Below, piece after piece: positions 47,242 through 59,182 of a stretch of 64,000 bases of DNA. The stretch's first letter is position 1, and each line of letters begins with the position of its first letter. The notes under the pieces were generated by a model. The model ran no database searches. It was given only the letters and a program-made list of their open reading frames with translations, and was not told where the DNA came from. The translations under genes were made by a program, and so were the position numbers. Source of the stretch: Hydrolagus colliei (Eukaryota); the NCBI GenBank assembly GCA_035084275.1, contig CM068771.1, forward strand, positions 4,836,001 through 4,900,000. The letters are read 5' to 3'.

Positions 47242-47833
47242 CTATGGGAAAAGGCAAACAGAGAGAAAAATGTTGAGTGTTAAGGCTCTTTAGATAACAA
47301 TCCAGGAGGACATTCCTTAATTTACTCTCCAAAAAGACAAATTGCAATTTCAGAAAATCCTCATCATAATAATAATCTTTTCATTTGTTACAGTACCTTA
47401 TCATATCATTGAGACATCTCATAAAATACTTCATAAAATATACTGTAAAGTGGATTGACTGTATATTTTGAGAGGGAAATGTGGCAGCTAATTGCGCACA
47501 CATGTGTCCCACAAACAAATTCTGGATTTTTATTAACAGTACAATTAACCCTCATCAAAGGCGACTTTATCAATTGCGAATTAAAGTACACGCGATGAAA
47601 AAAAAGCCTCACTTTCTTGCGCAGGGCGCATAAAACTTGTACGTGCTGGCTGGCCCCCGCGCGCATGCGCACTTGTGAGGGCACCGGGAGCTCCCGACTA
47701 AATCCAATGATTCCTCGGCTGGCCCCCTGCGCTTTGCATCCTTAGGAAAATCAGATTACTCTTTGTATGGTAAACAGAAGAGACAGAGAGAGAGACTGCT
47801 AATGCTTCCAGGAACAAAAGTAAAATAATAATA

Positions 47834-48864
47834 GACTGGAGGGAAGTGAGCAGTGGTGTGCCACAGGGATCAGTTTTGGGACCATTGCTCTTTGTAATCT
47901 ACATCAATGATCTGGACTTGGGTGTAGGGAGTACAGTTTCCAAGTTTGCAGATGACACTAAGTTAGGGAGAATAGTAAATAGTGAGGAGGATAGTAGCCA
48001 TCTGCAAGAGGATATAGAAAAATTGGTAAAGTGGGCAGACACATGGCAGATGAAGTTTAATGCAGAGAAGTGTGAGGTGATGCATTTTGGGAGAAGAAAT
48101 GAAGGGAGGCAATATAGGCTAGATAGTACAATTTTAAATGATGTGAAGGAACAGAGACCTGGGGATTTGTGTTAGTGACTCGTTGAAGGTGGCAGGACAG
48201 GGAGACAAGGCTGATAAGAAGGCATATGGGATACTAGGCTTTATAAATAGGGGTATAGAGTACAAAAGTCAGGAAGTGCTGACTAACCTCTATAAAACTT
48301 TGGTGAGGCCTCAGCTGGAATACTGTGTTCAATTCTGGTCACCACACTACGGAAAGGATGTGAAGACATTGGAAAGGGTACAAAGAAGATTTACTAGGAC
48401 GGTGCCAGGATTGAGGGACTTCAGCTATGAGGAGAGGCTAGATAGGCTAGGGTTATCCTCTCTGGAGCAGAGAAGATTGAGGGGAGACCTAATAGAGGCT
48501 TATAAGATCATGAGGGGTTTCGACAGGGCAAATAGAGAAAAGCTATTTCCACTCGTGGGCGAATCTGTGACTCGTGGTCACAGATTTAAAATAGTTTCAA
48601 GGCGAAGTAGAGGGGAGCTGAGGAGAAATTTTTTCACTCAGCGAGTTGTTGGAATCTGGAATGCATTGCCTGAAAAGGTGGTGGAGGCTGATTCGATAAC
48701 AACTTTTAAAAGGGAATTAGATCTTTATTTAGGGAGAACAGGTCCATTAGGCTATGGGGAGCGGGGAGGGCAGTGTGATTGAATCGCTCTTTTCAAAGAG
48801 CCAGCACAGACTAGATAGGCCGAATGGCCTCCTTTTGTGCCTTAAACTTCTATGAATCTATGAA
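47834..48864 (+). mobile_element. CR1 fragment, frameshifted
   Basis: RT split over ORFs 47846..48175 and 48183..48782; tail present. Confidence 0.92.
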
Positions 48865-49509
48865 GTTAGCCAAGCTGTGGTTTTATTGCTTTATTCTTTA
48901 TTGCTTTGCGATACTGTTGCTTTATTGCTGGGGGAGGAATGGGCCAGCTGGCTGTAGCCCGCCTCAGTACATACCTTGCATTGGTCAGGCGTGGATGTGC
49001 CTGGAGGCTTGAGGTGGGTAGTCTGTGGCTGGATTCCCCTAACCCTCCTTTCCCATTACTTGTTAACCTTATCCAGTGCGATTTTTACCAATTCCACAGT
49101 TTTCCAGGAACATGTAATCCCTGCGATCGACGAAGGTTAACTATTATTACCTCTAGAAAGCGTTCTATAATTGACTAATAACTGGATTCATATTCACAGG
49201 TAGGTAAACAGAGGTGTGTGGAGCAAGGAAACTTACCCAAGGTGTTGCCATCTCTAGGAATCAAACCCAGTTCCTCTTGCTTGCTCGGCAAGTTCTCTCA
49301 CCACTCCAAACCTCATTTGGACTCCAGTACTACTATGATGCTAGCCTCATTTAAGAAGCAGCTTCATGTGGTAACCAGAGGCAATCTGGAAAAATGAGAG
49401 GAGCTAATAGGCTCTCCTTACTCAGCCTGTTGTGATAATAAATTGCCTGAAATATAAATATTACTTTGAAGTTTTTTAAAAAAAAGTCTCATAGGTTACC
49501 ATCACTTAC

Positions 49510-49881
49510 TTTCAATTTCCAAGTTTATGGTGTTTACAGCATAAAGCTGAAATCTTTCTGAGGTATTGCTTACTTTTTGTACCTGTCCTTCATAAATGCC
49601 ACTATCAGTTATTTCTAAATGCTGGAGTTCTATAGAGCCGGTCCTTTTATCAAACTTCAGTCGACGTTTATAAAATACATTGATGAGAATTCTGGTTTCA
49701 GGTGATGAATATCGCAGGATAACCGTATTCTTCTCAGGAATTATATAGAACCAATCAATCTTTTCATTCCCTTCAAGATGTTTGTTATGAAATATTCTCA
49801 TTGTAACAGAAGAATCCAAACCAACAAACATAGTTTCATGGTTCATCAGGACATGAGTATCTGTCACTACAGCACGACCCT
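49510..49881 (-). CDS. Gene 2 Ig V-type exon (372 nt), Cys-less
   Basis: ctttcag|AG...GAAA|gtaagt; IDWFY, RLKFD..TGSIELQHL..DSGIY. Confidence 0.92.
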
Positions 49882-50059
49882 CTGAAAGAGATGCAGGAAA
49901 TGTTCATTTGTTGGGTTATTCAAATAATAATTCTTGCATTTGAAGTACCACCGTATGTCGTTGAGACATCTCAAAGCACTTAGCGAGTTCTAAATAATAA
50001 CCAGTCAGTACACCCCCATGACGAAAATCCCCCCTAAACAATATGAAGATGGGAATGTA

Positions 50060-50855
50060 ACCCCCTTGTCCCCCGAATCCTGTGCTCCACCATCGGCAGC
50101 TGTGCCTTCAGCCACTACGCCCCGAAGCTCTGGAACTTTTGCTTCCTTCAAGTCTGGTCTCAAGATCCTCCTCTTCAACCCTGCCTTCAGTTACCACCCT
50201 ACCTCTGTGACATAGCCTGTCTCCGACATTATCTCACCTGAATAGCCGCCAAAGCACTGGTCCATGCCTTTATCATCTCTAGGCTGGACTATTCTGATGC
50301 CCTCCTTGTCAGTCTTCCCTCTGCCACCATTCACAAAATCCAGGTTATCCAAAATACTGCAGCCCACATTCTCACTCACTTGTACCAAACTTCGCTCCCC
50401 AGTTCCCCCAGTCCTTGCCAGACTTCACTGGCTCCCTGTGTCAAAGCGGATCAATTTCAAGATCCTCACTCTTGTTTTCAAATCCATCCAGTGCTCTCCA
50501 CCCCCCTACCTCTCTGACCTCCCCTCTCCTCACAACATCATCCTTTACCTTCGCTCTACTGGGTCTGGTCTCCTGCTTGTCCCCCGAATCCTCTGTTACA
50601 CCGTTGGCAGCCGTGCCTTCAGCCACTATGGCCTGAGGCTCTAGAACTCCCTTCCTCACTCCCTTCACATTGCCCCCTCTCTTCCTATTTTCAGGACATA
50701 GCTAAAGACCTTACTTCATGACCTTTCTTTTCGACCACTCTTTTGGTCACCTCTTTCCCCCTCCCACTGGCACTGCCCTAGGATCCGTAATTGTAAAGCA
50801 CTCCGAGACACCACCTGGCATGGAAGGCACTATATAAATCCAAGTTGTTGTTGTT
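50060..50855 (+). mobile_element. L2 LINE 3' fragments
   Basis: LHWLPVSKRINFKILTLVFK..SRAFSHY; tail. Confidence 0.82.
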
Positions 50856-51270
50856 TTCCTACTTTTACTTCCTAAATATAGTATCTTGCATTTATCTGCA
50901 TTAGAATTTCAACTAAATAGTTCAGCTGAGACAGATGTAGAAGAGCAACGGTTAAAGAGCAAATACAAAAATAAATTCTTGCCCAGTGAAACATGGGGGG
51001 TGGGGGACAGGGCAGAACACAAACTGAAAAGAAATTACTGGAAGAAACAGGATACCTGCAAACTTTGTGATGCGGAACTGCATGCAATTTGATACAAGAA
51101 AGTTACTAGTCAATATGGTAAAACAAAATTTATACAATGCTGCTCAGGTGGGGTTACATCCCAGAGCGCTGGGCAGTCATGACAGTAGTCATGGTCAAAG
51201 ATGGTCTTCAAGCATGACCTGAAGATGGGGAAGGAAGGGCAAGGTGTAGGGATGGAGGAAGAGAATTCCA

Positions 51271-52970
51271 GCCTCTGTCTTCACAAAAGAAAATGATACA
51301 GACAATGCCATGGTATTAGAGGAGAGGGTAGGAGAAATGGATAGAATAATTATAACCAGAGAGGAAGTGCTAAAAAGGTTGACGTCGCTCAAGGTGGATA
51401 AGTCACCTGGTCCGGATGGGATGCACCCTAGGTTACTAAGTGAGGCACGGGAGCAAATAGCAGGGACTCTGGCCACAAACTTTCAATCTTCCTTGGACAC
51501 AGGGGTCGTGCCAGAGGACTGGAGGATAGCTAATGTTACTCCCTTGTATAAAAAGGGGCAGAAGGACAAGCCTGGTAACTACAGACCAGTCAGTCTAACG
51601 TCGGTAGTGGGCAACTTCTAGAGTCCATAATCAGGGACAAGGTAGATCTTCACTTAGAAAGATATAGGCTAAAAAAGGACAGTCAACATGGATTTGTTGA
51701 AGGCAAATCTTGCCTTACAAATCTGATAGAATTTTTTGATGAGGTAACGGAATGGGTGGATAATGGTAGCGCAGTTGATGTAGTTTACATGGACTTTCAA
51801 AAGGCATTTGACAAAGTGCCACATGAGAGACTTATTATGAAATTAAAGGCCCATGGCATAAAAGGGACAGTGGCAGCGTGGATCCACAACTGGCTGCGAG
51901 ACAGAAAGCAGAGAGTTGTAGTGAGCGGCTGTTTTTCAGATTGGAGGGAAGTGAGCAGTGGTGTGCCACAGGGATCGGTTTTGGGACCATTGCTGTTTGT
52001 AATCTACATCAATGATCTGGACTTGGGTGTACGAAGTACAGTTTCCAAGTTTGCAGATGACACTAAGTTAGGGAGAATAGTAAACAGTGAGGAGGATAGT
52101 AGCCATCTGCAAGAGGATATAGACAAATTGGTAAAGTGGGCAGACACATGGCAGATGAAGTTTAATGCAGAGAAGTGTGAGGTGATGCATTTGGGGAGAA
52201 GAAATGAAGGGAGGCAATATAGGCTGGATAGTACAATTTTAAATGGTGTAAAGGAACAGAGAGACCTGGGGATTTGTGTTAGTGACTCGTTGAAGGTGGC
52301 AGGACAGGTAGACAAGGCTGTTAAGAAGGCATATGGGATACTAGGCTTTATAAATAGGGGTATAGAGTACAAAAGTCAGGAAGTGCTGACTAACCTCTAT
52401 AGGACTTTGGTGAGGCCTCAGCTGGAATACTGTGTTCAATTCTGGTCACCACACTACAGAAAGGATGTGAAGGCATTGGAAAGGGTACAACGAAGATTTA
52501 CTAGGATGGTGCCAGGATTGAGGGACTTCAGCTATGAGGAGAGGCTAGATAGGCTAGGGTTATTCTCTCTGGAGCAGAGAAGATTGAGGGGAGACCTAAT
52601 AGAGGTTTATAAGATCATGAGGGGTTTCGACAGGGCAAATAGAGAAAAACTATTTCCACTCGTGGGTGAATCTGTGACTCGTGGTCACAGATTTAAAATA
52701 GTTTCAAGGCGCAGTAGAGGGGAGCTGAGGAGAATTTTTTTCACTTAGCGAGTTGTTCGAATCTGGAATGCATTGCCTGAAAAGGTGGTGGAGGCTGATT
52801 CGATAACAACTTTTAAAAGGGAATTAGATCTTTATTTAGGGAGAACGGGTCTATTAGGCTATGGGGAGCGGGCAGGGCAGTGGGATTGAATCGCTCTTTT
52901 CAAAGAGCCGGCACAGACTAGATGGGCCGAATGGCCTCCTTTTGTGCCGTAAAATTCTATGATTCTATGA
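51271..52970 (+). mobile_element. CR1 fragment, frameshifted, inserted in an L2 remnant
   Basis: Near-identical to 9406-11100 with small indels. Confidence 0.93.
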
Positions 52971-53498
52971 AATGTGGCTCAAAGCGCAGCCACAAATGGT
53001 GGAATGGAGGACTTGAGCTACAAGCAGGAGGCTGATGCCAGTTGAGCAGCTGCAGGTGGCAAATAAACAGGGTGGCATGAAAAGATTTGAAGACGAATGT
53101 GAGAATCTTGAAATCTCCCATTCAGCATTAGGGAGCCAGTGGAGCTCAAACGTGGTACACCAATGGTCTTTTGCAATCAAACTATTGTTTCCCATCACAT
53201 ATAATTGCATGTTTCATAGTGCATATGATATAGTGCTTTTACATCTTCTAGACATCTTAAAAGGTTTTACAAAATACACATTAAAGTGAATTAACTGCAT
53301 ATTCTAGGAAAAATGCGACAGGCAATTGTGCACAGCAGTATATGGATTGAAGAGAACAATTTTAAAAATCTTTTTGAGGGATTATTAGGTAGCATAGGTG
53401 AGTAAAAAAATTTGCCCAAGCTTTGCCCTGCCGGGATTCAAACTCAGATCTCTCTCTTGTGGTTTGAGTGCTCTAACCATGCAGTGACAGAAATCCTG

Positions 53499-53822
53499 AT
53501 AATAATAATAATAATAATCCTTGAATTTGATACAGTGCTTTTCATGTCTTCTAGATGTCTCAAAGTGCTTCACAGAATAAATTGTAAAGTGAATCGACTG
53601 TATATTTGTAGGCGAAACATGGCAGCCATTTGCGCACAGCAACGTCCCACAAACATTTGTGGATTGAAATGACTATTTTTTAAAATAAAAATTGGGGGAG
53701 GGATTATTATTCGGTGTTTCAGTGGAGTAAGAAAAGTTGCCCAAGATTTCGCCCTGACCCGCCTGGATTCAAACACAGGTCTCACGCTTATAATGCAAGT
53801 GCTCTAACCACTGAGCTACAGG
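53499..53822 (-). mobile_element. tRNA-derived SINE with Deu-like core and L2-type tail (representative; dozens of partial copies across the window)
   Basis: Head TGTAGCTCAGTGG (A box) and GTTTGAATCC (B box); core GCTGTGCGCAAATGGCTGCC; tail TGTGAAGCACTTTGAG...(TAT)n. Confidence 0.85.
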
Positions 53823-53926
53823 TATGAAAGTTGGCACAGTTCTGTTTTCACTTCCCTGCTGTCAAACATGCAATATATACCAAAAACCTACATTTATCGC
53901 AAAGTCTAATATTTTGTAACACTTAC

Positions 53927-54013
53927 TTTTCATATGCATAATTTGGTCCTCTTCATCGTTAATTTGTGAAACTGTGTTTGAAATTATGGCATTGTCAATC
54001 ATTTTCAAACGCC
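53927..54013 (-). CDS. Possible 87-nt cassette exon of gene 2: (G)RLKMIDNAIISNTVSQINDEEDQIMHMK
   Basis: tattttcttgtgttag|GG...AAAA|gtaagt, open and phase 1-1; no paralog support. Confidence 0.3.
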
Positions 54014-54372
54014 CTAACACAAGAAAATAATAATAATAATTCTTGAATTTGAAACAGGGCTTTCTCACATGTTTGGGGCATTGCCAAGTGCTTCACAATT
54101 GATATAGTGCCTATCACATATTCAAGATATCTTGCAAATCGATTATATTTTGTGGGTGCAACGGAAGCCAAGTAAACACAGCAGCGTACCACAAACAATC
54201 GCGGGTTGTATGCCTAAATTATAAATTTTTAAGAGGTTATCATCCCCAGCAAAGCAATACACCAATTGACTAAGCAACAGGTTCATACTCGTTGGGTAAA
54301 CAGAGGCATTTCTGGAGTTTAAAAAATCGCCCAATTGCCAGGCCTAGGAATCAAAACAAAGTTATCTCACTT

Positions 54373-54888
54373 GCTGTATCTGTAGCTGTGACTGTAGCTA
54401 AGTCTATGTCTATGGCTGTAGCTGTACCTATGGCTGTAGCTGTGTCTATGACTGTAGCTGTGTCTGTAGCTGTGTCTATGACTGTAGCTGTGTCCATGAC
54501 TGTAGCTGCGTCCATGACTGTAGCTGTGTCTATGGCTGTAGCTGTGACTGTAGCTGTGTCTATGGCTGTAGCTGTGACTGTAGCTGTGTCTATGGCTGTA
54601 GCTGTGTCTATGACTGTAGCTGTGACTGCAGCTGTGTCTATGGCTGTAGCTGTGTCTATGGCTGTAGCTGTGTCTATGGCTGTGTCTATGGCTGTAGCTG
54701 TGTCTATGGCTGTAGCTGTGTCTATGGCTGTAGCTGTGACTGTAGCTGTGTCTATGGCTGTAGCTGTGACTGTAGCTGTGTCTATAGCTGTAGCTGTGAC
54801 TGTAGCTGTGTCTATGGCTGTAGCTGTGACTGTAGCTGTGTCTATGGCTGTAGCTGTGACTGTAGCTGTGTCTGTGGCTGTAGCTGTG
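54373..54888. repeat. Short (~0.5 kb) copy of the same satellite in intron 1 of gene 2
   Basis: Same hexamers and same junction to the signal exon. Confidence 0.97.
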
Positions 54889-54902
54889 GTTGTGCTACTT
54901 GC

Positions 54903-54945
54903 CTTGAGGAGCCAGGAGGAGGAGGAGAGCGGCTGTGAGCAACAT
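54903..54945 (-). CDS. Gene 2 signal-peptide exon, identical to that of gene 1
   Basis: Same 43 nt as 32833-32875, with GC donor. Confidence 0.8.
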
Positions 54946-55336
54946 TCCCGCTGCCTGACTCCAGGGCGATGGTCAAGTCACAAGATGGCGGCCTAACGGC
55001 AACTCAGCTCTTTAACGGCAACAAGTTCAAAATGAAAGACAAACAAAGCGGGCGGCTGGCGCCGCTGCCCGGCTCTCTGGTCCCCGCCCCTCCCTCCCTC
55101 CCTCCCTCCCGCCCGGGGGCTATTCGCTCGGTAACGCTGACTCCGTCCGTTCCGCCGCCTTTATCCCGGCTCCGCAGCCGCTTCCCCTTCGCCTCTGGTA
55201 ACGGTTTCAGTTTGTCCGCCTCCCGTCCCCGCGCTCACTCACTGCGCAGGCGCCGCACTACCCTTTCCCGCGTTCACTCAATGCGCAGGCGCCATAGCTC
55301 CGTCCCCGCGCTCACTCACTGCAGGCGCCGCCCTGA
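54946..55336 (-). promoter_or_regulatory. CpG-rich promoter and 5' UTR of gene 2
   Basis: Near-identical to 32876-33330, with three NRF1-like units instead of five. Confidence 0.7.
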
Positions 55337-55379
55337 GGGTATGGTGTGGTGCTCCAGCCAGTGAAACTGATAGGCACTG

Positions 55380-55650
55380 ATGATAATAATAATTCTTGCA
55401 TTACACGCAAAGCACTATATAAAATATACAGTAAAAAGTGAATTGACTATGTTTGAGGGTGAAATGCAGCTGCCAATTGTGCATAGTGGTGTCCCGCAAA
55501 CAGTCATAGATTGAAATAATAAATTTATCATTATTTATTTTGAAGGGATTATTTTCAGTGCAGGCATGTACATGGTTTTGCCCTGCCTGGAATTGAACAC
55601 AGGTCTCTTGTTAGAAAGTCGAGTGCTCTAACTACACAGCCACAGGTCTC
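55380..55650 (-). mobile_element. SINE copy
   Basis: Same family. Confidence 0.7.
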
Positions 55651-55949
55651 CAAAGTACACATTCAATTCACTTTACAGTGAAGTGGTTTGAGACATCTCA
55701 AACACTTTGATTATGTGCTACATCCAAAGGAATTATTACTACTGTTCAAGAATGAATTGTGGGAGGTTCCAAATGAAAACAAAATCAAGAGTGGTTTCAT
55801 CCTGGTTTGAAATGTACGAAGGAAGAAGAATGATGTAAATCAATATCACTGGAATAACCAATATTTATTATGACACAATATTAAATCAATAACAATTTGA
55901 TAACCTCCCTCGCCCGACTACACTGCCATATTATATACATGCTATCATA

Positions 55950-56035
55950 TTATTCTTTCCTTAAGGCGTGAAAGTGGTTCATTTGGAACGTTGAATAAAC
56001 ACAAGCTTTAAACAAACCATTTATACAATGAAGAC
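55950..56035 (-). CDS. Candidate alternative terminal exon A of gene 3: LHCINGLFKACVYSTFQMNHFHALRKE*
   Basis: ttttaag| acceptor; 86 nt; homologous to 56629-56714 with the stop at the same codon. Confidence 0.35.
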
Positions 56036-56628
56036 CTTAAAATTCTCCTGCCACTCTGCCCCCTTTCGAATTCTATCTAGCAATCCCTTTGTCTCACAGC
56101 CCTTCCAAACATCGATCAAATCCCGGGTCAAAAGCCTGCATTTCAACAAAACCATTGGTTTGATTCCACCCAATCTCTTCCTTGTGCCTTCACTGTTCCT
56201 GTGTTCCCTCGCTGAGTGATAGCCCAAAAGCGCTTGTGAATGGATGGAGTCCACTGTCAGTCAATCACAACTTTATGCCTCCCATACCAGAGCTGCTGGG
56301 AAAGTGACCAGCCAAAGCTGTGGCCGCGTTACAATTTTAAGTAGTAACGGACACATTTTGAAACAGCTGAAATTACAAATAGATCGGACCCAAAAAGTTT
56401 TGTACATAATACATAACATCCCAATTTAACTGGTGTCCGGTTTAATAGGCTTTTACCATATTCAGACATTAACCCACATCCATCCCATTGTGGTCTAAAG
56501 ATGACCACATTATCGGAGTGTCAGTAGGCTGGATAAGATTGTAAATCTGATTTCTAATAGAAGATGGCATCATTAACAATTCAGACCTACAATCTGCAAG
56601 CTAGCCATATGAGGTACATCTTACCTTA

Positions 56629-56714
56629 TTATTCTTTCTTTAAGTTGTCAAGATGGTTAACTTGAGATATTGAATCTATGCAGGCTTTAAAGAAACCATA
56701 TATATAATGAACAC
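56629..56714 (-). CDS. Candidate alternative terminal exon B of gene 3: VHYIYGFFKACIDSISQVNHLDNLKKE*
   Basis: ttttaag| acceptor; 86 nt; phase-1 compatible with the TM5 exon. Confidence 0.35.
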
Positions 56715-56792
56715 CTTAAAATTCTCGTATCCTACCAGCCAAAGCATTTGTGGTGGGTAATGGTCAGAATATTTCAATTGCAATAATTTCCG

Positions 56793-56913
56793 TTAAATAG
56801 AGGAACAAATTGTTGCGTACATCAATGAGGTTAAAATAAAGGTCATCATAAAAGCAGCCAGGATAATTTCTCTGTTATCAATGACCTGCAAAGAAACATT
56901 TGAATCAGAATAT
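56793..56913 (-). CDS. Gene 3 candidate terminal exon (phase 2): YSDSNVSLQVIDNREIILAAFMMTFILTSLMYATICSSI*
   Basis: ctttcag|A; start resembles gene 2 exon 33916-34057. Confidence 0.4.
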
Positions 56914-57502
56914 CTGAAAGAATCTATCTTCACAATTATTAATTGAGCAAGCAAATGGACCCAGATTCATATCCTGGGTGGTGTGAAACCTTACGCTACT
57001 TTCCTTACTCCACATCCATCTATTTACTGAACAGTAAGTAGGAAAGCGGTTGCTAGTCAATTGGCTGATCGCTTTCTGGAGGTAATCATCCCGGGAAACA
57101 ATGTGGTCACTTAATCTGTGACTATTTATGAGAGACTGCTAAACACAATGGGCTACCACATTTTACCCCAAAAATATACAGTGAATCCACTTTACAATAT
57201 ATTCTGTGAAACGCTTTGGATGAAATGCTAATCTATCAGTCTGTAGAGACAAATGTAAAAGATCTGATGGCATTGTTTGATATGCGGAAAACGTTTCTGT
57301 CTCCCAATGCCCTAGCCCCAAATCTCCCAAATTAAACTTGCCATTAAACTCATTGCCTTTGCGTGGAACACTGCTGTGCACAAATTCTGGTTTTGTGGCT
57401 TGCAATCATCACAACACATTACATTACATGTTATCAAATGCTTTGAGACGTCCCATCATAAAAAGTGCAACATCATAGCTAACAGTTAATATTATCATTC
57501 AC

Positions 57503-57518
57503 CTTGGACTGATAATGC
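57503..57518 (-). CDS. Gene 3 candidate 16-nt microexon (phase 1 to 2): (S)IISP(R)
   Basis: ttccgcag|GCATTATCAGTCCAAG|gtgaat; same position and phase change as the gene 2 microexon. Confidence 0.35.
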
Positions 57519-57899
57519 CTGCGGAAATTTTCAACGTTTCCCTCTTTTATACTTTCGTTGACCTGTATCCCAGTTCAGCACTGTAATTGAAATATACACA
57601 GACTAATGGAATCCAATGTTCTAAATGTGGCTTTTGTCAAAAACATCACATAATCATAGAATCTTTTAGCACAGTAGAGGTATTTGGCCATTGAGCCTGT
57701 GCCAGCTCTTTGAAAAATCTATCCAACTAATGCTACTCCCTCTCTCTTTTCCCATTGCTTCGCAATTGATTTCAAGACCACATCCCTTCCACTCTGGAAA
57801 TTTTTATGGGATCTGCTTCAACCATGATTTTGAGGCAGTGCATACCAGATCATAATAAATTGCTTGATGGAATAGTTTGTCCATATCTCCACTCTGACC

Positions 57900-58260
57900 C
57901 AAGCTGGGGACAGGTGGAGGGGTATGTGGGGGGGGTGAGGGAAGGGGGGCATTAGGAGTTGCCGATGGGACCATCAAAGAGGAGAGTCGTGTGGTAGAAC
58001 TTGAAGGAGGCCAGTAAAGTCAGGAAGCATAGGGACTGTGGGATGGAGTTCCAGAAGTATGAGGCAGAGTCGTTAAAGGCTCACCTGCCAATGTTGGGTC
58101 GGATGGAGTCAGGGAATGTGAAGGAGGCCCAAGTCTGCTGAGTGGAGAGGGCGGCCAGGTTGGTAAGATGTTGGAAGGTCACAGATGTAGGGTGGGGCGA
58201 GGTTGTGGAGGGCTTTAAAATTGAGGAGCAGGATCTTGAATCCAGGATCCTCTGGATGAT
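57900..58260 (-). mobile_element. L2 LINE 3' fragment
   Basis: Similar to 452-700 and 12830-13120. Confidence 0.72.
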
Positions 58261-58606
58261 GGGAAGATAGGGTTATGGAGTTTGGACTGGTTTAGGACAT
58301 AGGCCTTTTTGGATTATCTGCAATGAGGAATTGCTAAGGCCAACAAGCAGGGCATTTAAATAATTGAGCTGGGGACACTGTGTAAGAAGGACGAGTTGCT
58401 ATTGGTTGATGATCTTATGTTATGTTTGCCACGTAATTTAATTTCAACCACATTGAATCAATGAAAGTATTTGAGAATAGAAAGCATTGGACATAGTCAT
58501 AGTATTTCAAATTCATTAAAGTCAATAGATAATACAAATAAAGTTTTTAATGTGTATTTTAGTTCTGCAAATGATCAGAAAGCATAAGTGTATCATTGAT
58601 ACTTAC

Positions 58607-58714
58607 TTTGCTTGGCAAAAAAGAGAATCATTAGTCCCATGACAGACATATAGGCTTCCATTATAAAAACATTTTTTGTTTCCACCACAGTACCTGGAAC
58701 TTTGCATTTTTCAA
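58607..58714 (-). CDS. Gene 3 TM5 exon (108 nt): (V)EKCKVPGTVVETKNVFIMEAYMSVMGLMILFFAKQ
   Basis: ttcacag|TT...CAAA|gtaagt. Confidence 0.85.
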
Positions 58715-59101
58715 CTGTGAACATACGTTTGAAATACAATTCAAAGGTTAGTTGAAACATATTCTATTTGTTTTTGTCTGTAGGGCGTCTGACATACGAA
58801 GAAACATGCTTAAATGTCTACAAATTAAACTGAGAATTCCACTCAAACCTGTTCTCCCATTCTGAAGCTTGTCCCATTATCCATTATTACCCTGACCAAA
58901 TCAATCCACCTCAGTCTTGCGACTGTAAATGGATCCAGCCATAATCCACAGGATTTGGGGGAGCATTCCAGATTTTCACTAACATTTGCATGAAAAACCG
59001 CCTCTTAACTTCAACCCAGCAGTTAATTATCACATAGGTTGACATGTTTAATTTGTTTCAATTACTCTGTTTAGAGTTGTACACTTTGGTGAAATACTCA
59101 C

Positions 59102-59182
59102 CGATTTGGTATGCTCTGTATATTAGGTTACATGAAACAACTACAGAAAAGGCTCCATTTGCAAGAAAAATGCTCGAAGGAT
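59102..59182 (-). CDS. Gene 3 TM4 exon (81 nt): (Y)PSSIFLANGAFSVVVSCNLIYRAYQI
   Basis: ctctcag|AT...ATCG|gtgagt; IFL..G shared with gene 1. Confidence 0.8.

Larger units (their letters stand above)
33916..54945 (-). other. Gene 2 (span): apparently complete signal-IgV-IgC2-5TM gene
   Basis: Signal, V, C2 and five TM exons all open and phase-compatible; candidate microexon and terminal exon at lower confidence. Confidence 0.85.

Noticed and set aside
50872-51087. Leader exon of gene 2 resembling the end of the 411-nt exon (CxC..LxQ..LxQI)
   Set aside because: The similarity is weak, a stop precedes any usable donor, and a clear signal exon exists at 54903-54945.
53770-53822. tRNA genes at the SINE heads
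   Set aside because: They are degenerate, lack a full cloverleaf and run into SINE body and L2-type tail.
56021-56254. 77-aa minus-strand ORF
   Set aside because: Mostly a decayed CR1 C-terminus (CRL..DLIDVWKG).
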